Below the pieces are notes generated by a model. That model made no database searches, was not told where the DNA came from, and saw nothing but the letters and a program-made list of their open reading frames with translations. 64,000 bases of DNA from Spirochaetota bacterium (GTDB lineage Bacteria; Spirochaetota; UBA4802; UBA5550), in the NCBI GenBank assembly GCA_003246895.1, contig QKCL01000053.1, forward strand, positions 44,984 through 108,983. The letters run 5' to 3'. Numbering within the stretch: the stretch's first letter is position 1; each line of letters begins with the position of its first letter. Both the position numbers and the translations under genes were made by a program. Shown here piece after piece: positions 18,583 through 26,985 of this stretch.

Positions 18583-21165
18583 TTATTTGGAGATTACAAG
18601 TCCTTCACCCTTAAAATCGATCTTCAAAGATGAACCCTCTGTAAAATTTCCTGAGAGAAGCTCAACAGAAAGCGGATTAAGCACATATTTCTGAATTGCA
18701 CGTTTTAAAGGCCTTGCCCCGAACTGCGGGTCATAACCCTCATCAGAAAGAAAATTCAGAGCTTTCTTTGTAATCTCAAGAGAGATCCCCCTCTCCTTGA
18801 GCCTCACTGCCACCTCAATGAGCTGATTCTTCACAATCTCACCGATATTTTCCTTTGTAAGAGGATTGAATATTATTGTTTCATCAACCCTGTTTAAAAA
18901 CTCCGGCTTGAAGTACATTTTAAGTTCCTGCTCAACCCCACGAACCCTGTCGTCTTCCGGTATTGACTGGTCGCTGATGTACGCAGTACCAATATTTGAA
19001 GTCATGATTATGAGTGTATTTTTAAAATCTACTACTCGGCCCTTTGAATCTGTAAGCCTGCCCTCATCAAGTATCTGAAGAAATATGTTGAACACGTCAT
19101 GATGGGCCTTTTCGATCTCATCAAAGAGAATTACAGAGTAGGGCCTTCTGCGCACAGCTTCAGTGAGCTGGCCGCCCTCATCATATCCAACATATCCCGG
19201 AGGTGCACCGATAAGCCTTGCAACGGAATGTTTCTCCATATATTCAGACATGTCTATACGGACTATTGCCCTGTCATCATCAAAAAGGAAGCTCGCAACA
19301 GCCTTTGCTGTTTCTGTTTTACCCACACCTGTGGGCCCCAGGAATATGAAAGATCCCATGGGCCTGTTAGGATCCTGAATTCCGGACCTTGACCTGCGCA
19401 CAGCTTCAGAGATGGCTTCGATTGCCCTTGACTGTCCAACCACCCGTTCAGCAAGAATGCTCTCCATCTGCAGGAGCTTGTCCTTCTCCCCTTCAAGCAT
19501 CTTTGACACAGGGATGCCCGTCCATCTGGAAACAACAGCCGCAATTTCCTGGTCTGTAACAACTTCTTTAAGGAGGCTGCTTCCAGGAGCAATGGATTCG
19601 GCATTTTTATTAAGGGCATCAAGCTCCTTCTCGAGTTCAACTATCTTGCCGTATCTGATTTCGGCAACACGGTTCAGATCACCCTGTCTTTCTGCGATCT
19701 GCTCCTCAATTCTGTACTGTTCTATGGCCTCTTTGATGTTGCTTATTTTCTTTATTACTTCTTTCTCTTTCTGCCACTGGCCCACAAGAACATCCTTCTT
19801 CTCGTTAAGGTCCGCAAGCTCGGCCTCAATCTTTTCAAGCCTCTCGGCTGAAGCCTTGTCCTTCTCTTTTTTCAGGGCCTCGCTTTCGATGAGCAGCTGC
19901 CTGATACGTCTCTCTATCTCGTCAATTTCTGTGGGCATTGAGTCAATCTCCATCTTTATGAGAGACGCCGCCTCATCTATGAGGTCAACTGCCTTGTCCG
20001 GCAGAAACCTGTCGGTTATATATCTGTTGGAGAGTACCGCTGCAGAAACGCAGGCTGAATCGGCAATACGCACACCGTGATGGACCTCGTACTTCTCCTT
20101 CAATCCCCGCAGAATGGCTATTGTATCATCAAGGGACGGCTCTTCGGTAAATACAGGCTGAAACCTTCTCTCCAGCGCCTTGTCTTTTTCAATGTATTTC
20201 TGGTACTCGGAAAGCGTTGTTGCGCCGATTGTCCTCATCTCTCCCCGGGCCAGTGCCGGTTTAAGCATGTTCGATGCATCCATGGACCCTTCACTTGCGC
20301 CTGTACCGATAAGTGTATGAAGTTCATCCACGAAGAGTATAATCTCACCTGCTGATTCTTCAACCTCTTCCACAACGGATTTCAGCCTCTCCTCAAACTC
20401 GCCGCGAAACTTCGCTCCTGCAATGAGCGCTCCCATGTCAAGGGCCACAACCCTCTTGTTTTTCAAATTCTCCGGCACGTCACCCGACACTATTCTCTGG
20501 GCAAGTCCCTCAACAATTGCGGTCTTGCCCACACCGGGTTCCCCTATGAGAACAGGATTATTCTTTGTACGTCTTGAGAGAACCTGCATTACACGGCGTA
20601 TCTCCTCATCACGTCCTATTACTGGATCCAGTTTATTCATTCTTGCATAGTCAGTAAGGTCCCTGCTGTATTTGGCAAGGGACTCATATTTGTCTTCGGA
20701 ATTTTCAGCATCAGCCCTCTTGCTTCCCCGAATCTCCATGAGAACACGCATGACGCTTTCCCTGTTTATTCCGTTTGCTTTCAGTATCTGCCCCGTCTTT
20801 CCGCTTGTCGCTTCAGACAACGCAACAATAATGTGCTCTGTACTAAGATACTGGTCTCCGAGATTAACGGCCTCGTTCCATGCCCCATTCAGCACACCGT
20901 GCGCGCTTCTTGAAAGAGACCCTCCGCCGGGGCCTGCACCTGTCTGGCTTGGAAGACTGTTTACTGCGGCATCAACTTCGCTTCGAAGCGCCTCAACATG
21001 TATCCCCATTTTCTGGGCAAGGGTGGAGAAGAGTCCTCCCTGCTGGTCAACCACAGCCTTGAGAAGGTGTTCCGGCTGTATCTCCACACTGTTTCTCTCT
21101 GTTGCAATGTTCTGTGCACTGCTCAAAATATCCTGAGCCTTGATTGTTAAACGATCCATTCTCAT
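18583..21165 (-). CDS. clpB: Chaperone ClpB
   Basis: 860 aa. N-domain, two AAA modules ([15 protein letters not shown]; [16 protein letters not shown]) separated by a long coiled-coil M-domain. Collinear with bacterial ClpB. Confidence 0.92.
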   Translation of the reverse strand: MRMDRLTIKAQDILSSAQNIATERNSVEIQPEHLLKAVVDQQGGLFSTLAQKMGIHVEALRSEVDAAVNSLPSQTGAGPGGGSLSRSAHGVLNGAWNEAVNLGDQYLSTEHIIVALSEATSGKTGQILKANGINRESVMRVLMEIRGSKRADAENSEDKYESLAKYSRDLTDYARMNKLDPVIGRDEEIRRVMQVLSRRTKNNPVLIGEPGVGKTAIVEGLAQRIVSGDVPENLKNKRVVALDMGALIAGAKFRGEFEERLKSVVEEVEESAGEIILFVDELHTLIGTGASEGSMDASNMLKPALARGEMRTIGATTLSEYQKYIEKDKALERRFQPVFTEEPSLDDTIAILRGLKEKYEVHHGVRIADSACVSAAVLSNRYITDRFLPDKAVDLIDEAASLIKMEIDSMPTEIDEIERRIRQLLIESEALKKEKDKASAERLEKIEAELADLNEKKDVLVGQWQKEKEVIKKISNIKEAIEQYRIEEQIAERQGDLNRVAEIRYGKIVELEKELDALNKNAESIAPGSSLLKEVVTDQEIAAVVSRWTGIPVSKMLEGEKDKLLQMESILAERVVGQSRAIEAISEAVRRSRSGIQDPNRPMGSFIFLGPTGVGKTETAKAVASFLFDDDRAIVRIDMSEYMEKHSVARLIGAPPGYVGYDEGGQLTEAVRRRPYSVILFDEIEKAHHDVFNIFLQILDEGRLTDSKGRVVDFKNTLIIMTSNIGTAYISDQSIPEDDRVRGVEQELKMYFKPEFLNRVDETIIFNPLTKENIGEIVKNQLIEVAVRLKERGISLEITKKALNFLSDEGYDPQFGARPLKRAIQKYVLNPLSVELLSGNFTEGSSLKIDFKGEGLVISK

Positions 21166-21504
21166 AAAATAAATATCTCCTATTTTAATCTCAGGGGGGA
21201 GTAGATAAAAAGGCCGGTACCATCAAAAGGTATCGGGAAATTATGTAAAAATTCCAGCCATAAAGTTACAGGAAAATCAAGCAATAATCTCCACCCATGG
21301 TGAAAAGTAAACCATACTTTATATTGAAAGGTATGTATTAAGATAATCAGATCAGGCAGAAGAATCTCTCCGTGAAGATTCCCTTTTCTCATACTACTTA
21401 TACGGAAATAACTTTGGCTGGCAGTTTAAAATCCCGGCTCATTGTGACAAAAAAATAATACTATACAGACATGTCAATTTCCGCCTGTTTAGGAATTTTA
21501 TCGG

Positions 21505-22566
21505 CTACCCGACTTTTCTCAGGATCCATTCAAAGCCGTATCTGTAGCCGGAATTTCTCCACAGCTTTTCAAGTAGTATATAACCGGAAAGAACGGCCGC
21601 CGTTATACCGATAGTTGTCCATTTATCAAATGATTCCGCAATACCCGTTGAGTGAACAAACTGTTTTATAAAAAGGTGTGTGATAAAAACTGTAAGCGAA
21701 ATTTTCCCAAGAGGAACAAATACAGGGGACAGATACCTGCTCCTGCGGCCGAGTACAGAAAAAATGTACATGAGAAAGGGGAGAGACCCTGTGAGCAGAA
21801 AGAATGCAGGCCCAAGCATTGGATAGAACCTGAGCTTTACAGTATAAAATCTTTCAAGGAAAGGAATCTTTTCCGCACCCGGAAACACATGAGGCAGGAT
21901 CACAAAGAGTACCCCTGCAAGCCAGAGTACTGCACCATAAACAAAAAGCCTTTTATATTTTCCGGCTGCTATGTATTCAGCCGAAGCGTATCCGAAAACG
22001 AAAAAAGCAAGCCATGGAAGAACCGGGAAATGCCCCTCCACAAAGGCGAATCTCAAAAAGGGCATGGGAAGGTTCATGTTCGCCATCCACCTGTTGCTGA
22101 TATGCATGGGCGTTTTTAATATATGCTGGGCAGTCATTGCTGCAATAAAAATCAGGATAAAGACACAGATCAGACCCCTCTGTTTCAGGGTGGAGATAAG
22201 GGAAACCACGACCAGCCCGAAACCAATCATATGAAGTACATACCATGAAGCAGGAGAAAACCATGAGGGAACTGCAAAATTCAGGATGTACCCGAAAAGA
22301 ATAAGAGCAATTCCCCTTCTGACAAGTTTAAGCCTGTCTCCGTACTTTTCCATAAAATATCTGGCACCGCTCCCTGCAGAGAAAACAAATATCGGGGCAG
22401 ACAGTGCCGCAAAGGATATTGCAGTAAAGTATATGGGGTTATCCGCTACGAATCCCATGTTCTTGGCCCCCACACCTCCTCCAAGCCAGATGGAAAGATG
22501 CTGAACCACCATAAAAAAAAGGGCAAAGCCCTTTGCAAAATCCAGAGTCTCTATTCTATTGCTCAT
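21505..22566 (-). CDS. Polytopic membrane protein, DUF418/YeiB-like (acyltransferase-3-like fold)
   Basis: About 10 TM segments. The C-terminus GYRYGFEWILRKV resembles the DUF418 GPxEWLWR tail. Confidence 0.45.
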   Translation of the reverse strand: MSNRIETLDFAKGFALFFMVVQHLSIWLGGGVGAKNMGFVADNPIYFTAISFAALSAPIFVFSAGSGARYFMEKYGDRLKLVRRGIALILFGYILNFAVPSWFSPASWYVLHMIGFGLVVVSLISTLKQRGLICVFILIFIAAMTAQHILKTPMHISNRWMANMNLPMPFLRFAFVEGHFPVLPWLAFFVFGYASAEYIAAGKYKRLFVYGAVLWLAGVLFVILPHVFPGAEKIPFLERFYTVKLRFYPMLGPAFFLLTGSLPFLMYIFSVLGRRSRYLSPVFVPLGKISLTVFITHLFIKQFVHSTGIAESFDKWTTIGITAAVLSGYILLEKLWRNSGYRYGFEWILRKVG

Positions 22567-22590
22567 AGTTTAATCGTACCAGTCAATTTA

Positions 22591-23388
22591 TTAAATATCA
22601 GAATTTTCAGCCATATTCCTGCTATCTTCAATTTTTTCAGTTTGAACACTGAATAATTTCCTTCTCTTTCTTAAAAATAAAACAGCTCCTAAAGGTATTG
22701 ATGACATTATAACTACAGGGCTATAGGCTGTATACTGATAACCTGATCCAAGTATCTGAAAATGGATAAGTTTAAACATAAACCCGCCAGTGGTCCAGTT
22801 GAATGAAAATTGAACAAGCCCGACAAGTATAAACAATGCCCATCTCCATTTTTTATTAAACCTGGTTCTCAGATATATTATAAAGGTAACAACAATAAAC
22901 AAAGGGATGAGCACAGCGTATCCCAAAAAAAAGTAATGCGTCAGCCCTTTCCCTGAAAAAGAAAATTTATTATGTGCCTCAAGTGAAGAATTCATTTCAT
23001 TAAAATTAAATCCATTAATTTTAACAGAGTCTTTTTCTTTTATTATCTGCGCTGTAACAAGTGCATATTTATCTTTATAAGTAAGCTGGAATGTCTTATT
23101 AATCCGGATAAGATCTTCAGTCTGAAAAATATTAGAACCTACAGATTCAAACTTTGAGGCTTTCCCTTTAGATTTGATGTAATCAAAAAGTCTTACAATA
23201 TCCCTGGCACTTATACTTTTTTTTGCTTCTTCCGAAATAAGAGGAATTGCCTTTTTATATTTACCATTCTCTATGAGTTTTATATATTCAATTAAAAAAT
23301 TATCGGAATATTTATGCAGGTTTTCGTTTCCATATAGAGAAGAGACTATTAAAACAAATAAAGATACACAGATTATTTTTTTAAACAT
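22591..23388 (-). CDS. Hypothetical exported/membrane protein
   Basis: Signal peptide, soluble domain, then ~4 C-terminal TM helices. No recognised family. Confidence 0.4.
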   Translation of the reverse strand: MFKKIICVSLFVLIVSSLYGNENLHKYSDNFLIEYIKLIENGKYKKAIPLISEEAKKSISARDIVRLFDYIKSKGKASKFESVGSNIFQTEDLIRINKTFQLTYKDKYALVTAQIIKEKDSVKINGFNFNEMNSSLEAHNKFSFSGKGLTHYFFLGYAVLIPLFIVVTFIIYLRTRFNKKWRWALFILVGLVQFSFNWTTGGFMFKLIHFQILGSGYQYTAYSPVVIMSSIPLGAVLFLRKRRKLFSVQTEKIEDSRNMAENSDI

Positions 23389-23480
23389 ATTATATCGCCA
23401 AAAAAAGAGTTATTATCGTATAATCACACCACTTCTGGCAGATGTAAAGCAGAAAATAATAAATTCTCCACAACTCCCGG

Positions 23481-23732
23481 TCACCCAGTTACAAATTTTG
23501 TTACAACCCTGCTCTCACCGGTTTCAATTATTCGGGGAGTGATTTTTCTCAGTTCCTCTTCACTCCAACCGCTTTCTCTTCCCGCAAGGGTATAGGCCTC
23601 TTCTGCACTTTCAGCAAGGACTACTATCTCCGCGAACATGTATACATCCGAAAAAACACAGGGCTCGGTAAACTGTGACCAGCTGGCTTCATATTTATTA
23701 TGCCTGAATATGTATATCTTTCTGCCCGACAT
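23481..23732 (-). CDS. Small hypothetical protein (83 aa) downstream of the HDOD gene
   Basis: The ORF track gives a 109-aa ORF that overlaps the HDOD gene by 77 nt. An internal ATG (MSGRKIYIF...) begins 1 nt after the HDOD stop, which gives a coupled 83-aa product. Confidence 0.35.
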   Translation of the reverse strand: MSGRKIYIFRHNKYEASWSQFTEPCVFSDVYMFAEIVVLAESAEEAYTLAGRESGWSEEELRKITPRIIETGESRVVTKFVTG

Positions 23733-23733
23733 A

Positions 23734-25218
23734 TTAAAACTGCGTTCCCCTTTCTTCGAATTTAAACATAAGTTCCTGGTGGCAGTTGCTGAAATCGTTC
23801 TGGCTTGCAAGACCGTATCTTTTCAGCACCTCATCCTCAATATTATGAAAATTGAAGCATTTGTTTTCCATCATACACATGCAGTTTGCAATATATGTGA
23901 GATAAACAATATCTCTTGTTTCATCTGAGGCTAGCATGGGCGAATGGTGTCTGGATACGGCTTCTTTAATATAATCGGGAAAGTTCCATTTTTCAGCAAT
24001 CATTTTGCCTATAGATGAATGACTTATCCCCATTGTAACCTCTTCGAGCACAGTGCAGCACCCTAACTGTTTCCGGGCAATGACTTTTTCAATGTGTTCA
24101 ACAAGTTCTGAATTCAGTGAAAGCAATACCAGTTTACCCAGATCATGAAGCATCCCGGCAAGGTAGCACTTCTCCCCCTTCTGGATCATTCCGAATTTCA
24201 CTGCAAGCTCCCTGGCATAGAATGCAACCTTGTTGCAGTGTGACCAGACCTCACGGAAATCTGAAAACCTTTCATCAAGAATCTTCTTTGCCGCTGTTGC
24301 AGTAAGAATCACATCAAGATTTTTAAGTCCTATTATTTTTATGGCATCAGTTATATTTTCACTTCTGTGCATTGTTACAAATCCTGCGGAATTTGCAAGT
24401 TTCATTACTGAAGCCACAAGTGACGGGTCCAGTGAAATTTTCTCAGATATCTCATTAAGTGAAATATCCATATTAAAACACATTTGTCTGAGTTCGGTAA
24501 CATGTTCAGGGAAAGTGGGCAGGTCATCAATATCTTCGGTGATTCTGCGCTGAATAAGTTCGATTGCTTCCGGTGTCCTTATTGTCAAGGGGACTGTTAT
24601 TGAAGACTGTGTAACCTCCCCGTTTGAAACAATATGGAATGAATTTTCTCCGATCCCTGAATTTTTCAGGAAAAGAATTGTCAGAGATATCCCAAGCCCC
24701 TCCCCTTCGCTGTCATCACTTATATCCATGTACATATCTGAAAAATCACTGTACATCTTCGCTTTTTCTATTCTTACATTTATCCTTTCCTTTTCAAAGG
24801 GGAGCAGTCCGGTGTTGTTATTCACATATATCCTGAAGCCTTTGTCATCTTTCTTAAGAACAAGTTCAACCTTGTAACCGCTCTCCTTCAAAATTTCCCG
24901 GAGCTCAAGTGAATCATTCAGGAAAAAGGACTTAAACTCAATCATGCCTGTTTCATACTGAGCCGCGTCGGTTATATCAAGATCATGTTTCTGAAAGTAA
25001 ACCCTCTTGGAGTTGGCCTTTACGGCATTGACTATCATTTCCCTGAGTACACTCTCAATTACTCCGTGGAGATAGTTCATGTCATTGTTCGAAAGAATCT
25101 TGAAAAACAGGGAATTAATAAATTTATCAATTACTTTTGTATTATAATGGAAGGAGAGTTTAACAGCCTCCCCGCTTTCAACCTTTGCGGTGAGTTTTGA
25201 AGTATCCTCATGAAGCAT
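23734..25218 (-). CDS. Signalling protein: N-terminal GHKL/HATPase_c-like domain fused to an HDOD domain
   Basis: N-box-like EMIVNAVKAN, G1-like DDKGFRIYVNNNTG, G2-like GEGLGISLT. C-terminal HDOD pattern (...YLAGMLHDLGKLVLL...). Confidence 0.55.
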   Translation of the reverse strand: MLHEDTSKLTAKVESGEAVKLSFHYNTKVIDKFINSLFFKILSNNDMNYLHGVIESVLREMIVNAVKANSKRVYFQKHDLDITDAAQYETGMIEFKSFFLNDSLELREILKESGYKVELVLKKDDKGFRIYVNNNTGLLPFEKERINVRIEKAKMYSDFSDMYMDISDDSEGEGLGISLTILFLKNSGIGENSFHIVSNGEVTQSSITVPLTIRTPEAIELIQRRITEDIDDLPTFPEHVTELRQMCFNMDISLNEISEKISLDPSLVASVMKLANSAGFVTMHRSENITDAIKIIGLKNLDVILTATAAKKILDERFSDFREVWSHCNKVAFYARELAVKFGMIQKGEKCYLAGMLHDLGKLVLLSLNSELVEHIEKVIARKQLGCCTVLEEVTMGISHSSIGKMIAEKWNFPDYIKEAVSRHHSPMLASDETRDIVYLTYIANCMCMMENKCFNFHNIEDEVLKRYGLASQNDFSNCHQELMFKFEERGTQF

Positions 25219-25368
25219 TCTGAACTCCTCACTGAACCTTTTTTTAAAAAATAATACAGAATTTCACTGCCCACAACTCTTTTTTATCATAAACTTTTAA
25301 CTATAATAAATTATTTAGTCACACATATTCCAATTGTGTAATTTCCTGCATTAAACAACAGCCTTCTT

Positions 25369-25608
25369 TTACTCTTCTGCATTTTTGATATTTTTTACCG
25401 CCTCAGCCAGAGTCAGCTCACTGAAATTTTCCGCCATGGCATAGTGTTTGTCACAGAACCATGCCGCATATGGAGGGTGCCCAATCATTCCGGGCGCAGA
25501 CATTTTTCTGTCCCATTCCAGGTCACTTGCTGTCTTTTTAAAGTACACCAGTCCCCCTGAATTTTCATCCAGAGGTTTTCTGCATATGTGACATATTGGC
25601 GGTTTCAT
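25369..25608 (-). CDS. Small Cys/His-containing protein (79 aa)
   Basis: CHICRKP ... WFCDKHY may form a zinc-binding site. No family recognised. Confidence 0.3.
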   Translation of the reverse strand: MKPPICHICRKPLDENSGGLVYFKKTASDLEWDRKMSAPGMIGHPPYAAWFCDKHYAMAENFSELTLAEAVKNIKNAEE

Positions 25609-25745
25609 GTGTAAAATATAATCAAGGTTCAGGACATTTCAAAATATTGTTTATTACAGCAGATTCAGGAACCATGTGTGAGTGACATGAAGGGGAAGTC
25701 TGCTTCAGGCAGACCGAAGCGGCAGCGGAGCCCGGAATGGCACGG

Positions 25746-25785
25746 CCGGTAAATTTGATTAAAAATATCTAATCAAATTTACCGG
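25746..25785. repeat. Perfect 16-bp inverted repeat with an 8-nt AT spacer
   Basis: CCGGTAAATTTGATTA-aaaatatc-TAATCAAATTTACCGG. It lies just beyond the flaB terminator. Confidence 0.6.
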
Positions 25786-25807
25786 ACACACCCTGACTCC
25801 TATTAAT

Positions 25808-25838
25808 GAAAAAACGCCGGGTGGGAGAGTCCGGCGTT
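25808..25838 (-). terminator. Intrinsic terminator of flaB
   Basis: On the minus strand: AACGCCGG-actctcccac-CCGGCGTTTTTT. ~35 nt after the flaB stop. Confidence 0.6.
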
Positions 25839-25872
25839 TCGACTGGTACTTCGATGTTGGTTCAAACTATTA

Positions 25873-26724
25873 TTATCTTTGAAGCAGAGTCATAACTGAC
25901 TGCGACTTGTTATTTGCCTGGGCAAGCATTGAAGTCGCAGCTTGAGTCAGAATCTGATATCTTGTAAATGAAGACATCTGCTCTGCCATATCTGTATCTC
26001 TTATCCTGCTCTCAGAAGCCTGAACATTTTCGTAGGCGTTCATGAGGCCCTTTGCTGAATGTTCGAGCCTGTTATAATAGGCTCCGAGGTCAGCTCTCTG
26101 TTTTGATATAATTCTCAAAGCCTCGTCTGCAAGACCGATTACAGCATTCGCTTTCCCGGGAGTGGAAATCGAAATAAATGTAAGTACGGTCGGGTTGCGG
26201 AGACCAAGAGCCGCAGTAGTCATTGTTTCAATGAATACCCTTTCTCTCTGGTGCATGTTCGGGCCCATGTGAAACCACATTGATGCTGTGGGGTGAAGCC
26301 TTGCAAATGAACCTGTAAGAAGTTTCATCTTGTTGAATTCTGCCTGTGATGCGATCCTGTCGATTTCATCTACAAGTTCTGAAACTTCAACCTGAATGAG
26401 CTGTCTGTCCTCATCTGTATATGTTCCGTTAGCAGACTGTACAGCGAGTACACGTATCCTTTGTAAAATTTCATGTGTTTCTGTGAGATAACCTTCAGCT
26501 GTCTGAATCAGAGACATACCGTCCTCTGTGTTTCTTTCAGCCTGTCTTAGACCCTGAATCTGTGATCTCATTTTTTCAGATACTGCAAGTCCTGAAGCGT
26601 CATCTCCTGCCTTGTTGATTCTCATACCTGAAGACAACTTTTCAATATCCTTTGTCATGCTCCAGTCATGGAATTTCAATGTTCTGTGGGAGAAAATCGC
26701 AGCAATGTTGTGATTTATTATCAT
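25873..26724 (-). CDS. flaB: Flagellar filament core protein FlaB (spirochaete flagellin)
   Basis: [12 protein letters not shown]-terminus. [31 protein letters not shown] and the C-terminus [25 protein letters not shown] are near-identical in pattern to Treponema FlaB. Confidence 0.92.
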   Translation of the reverse strand: MIINHNIAAIFSHRTLKFHDWSMTKDIEKLSSGMRINKAGDDASGLAVSEKMRSQIQGLRQAERNTEDGMSLIQTAEGYLTETHEILQRIRVLAVQSANGTYTDEDRQLIQVEVSELVDEIDRIASQAEFNKMKLLTGSFARLHPTASMWFHMGPNMHQRERVFIETMTTAALGLRNPTVLTFISISTPGKANAVIGLADEALRIISKQRADLGAYYNRLEHSAKGLMNAYENVQASESRIRDTDMAEQMSSFTRYQILTQAATSMLAQANNKSQSVMTLLQR

Positions 26725-26833
26725 TATATTCCTCCTTGAAATTAACTGCCGTCATCCTTGACAACATAATAATTTTCTTATTCTTACAGAAAGAATCGAC
26801 ACCTGATATTTTTTACAATACAGCGATTAAATC

Positions 26834-26863
26834 CATTTAAAGTCATTTAAAGTCATTTAAAGT
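26834..26863. repeat. Three perfect tandem copies of CATTTAAAGT
   Basis: CATTTAAAGT x3 in the divergent flaB / PBP1A intergenic region. Confidence 0.6.
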
Positions 26864-26985
26864 TAAATATGAGCAAATATCACCCAATTATTATTCATTT
26901 TAACTTTTTTAATTTTTTTTAAAAAAATATTTGTGTTCACAAATGTACCTCATTAAAAATCCTTTATTATTAAAGGGGACTTTTT

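Noticed and set aside
19412-21136. Plus-strand ORFs of 222 aa and 154 aa antisense to clpB
   Set aside because: Shadow ORFs opposite a highly conserved ClpB frame. The translations are low-complexity.
21180-21392. 70-aa minus-strand ORF in the clpB upstream region
   Set aside because: No RBS and an odd W/F/H-rich composition. It lies in the promoter region of clpB and is probably spurious.
21166-21504. Looked for a CIRCE/HrcA operator (TTAGCACTC-N9-GAGTGCTAA) upstream of clpB
   Set aside because: No match. Regulation is probably by another mechanism.
23733-23810. N-terminal 26 codons of the 109-aa ORF overlapping the HDOD gene by 77 nt
   Set aside because: An internal ATG gives a non-overlapping, translationally coupled 83-aa product. 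The long overlap is unlikely.
26834-26863. Checked whether the tandem repeat could be a CRISPR array
   Set aside because: The units are only 10 bp, with no spacers and only three copies. It is not CRISPR. No CRISPR-like array was seen anywhere in the window.
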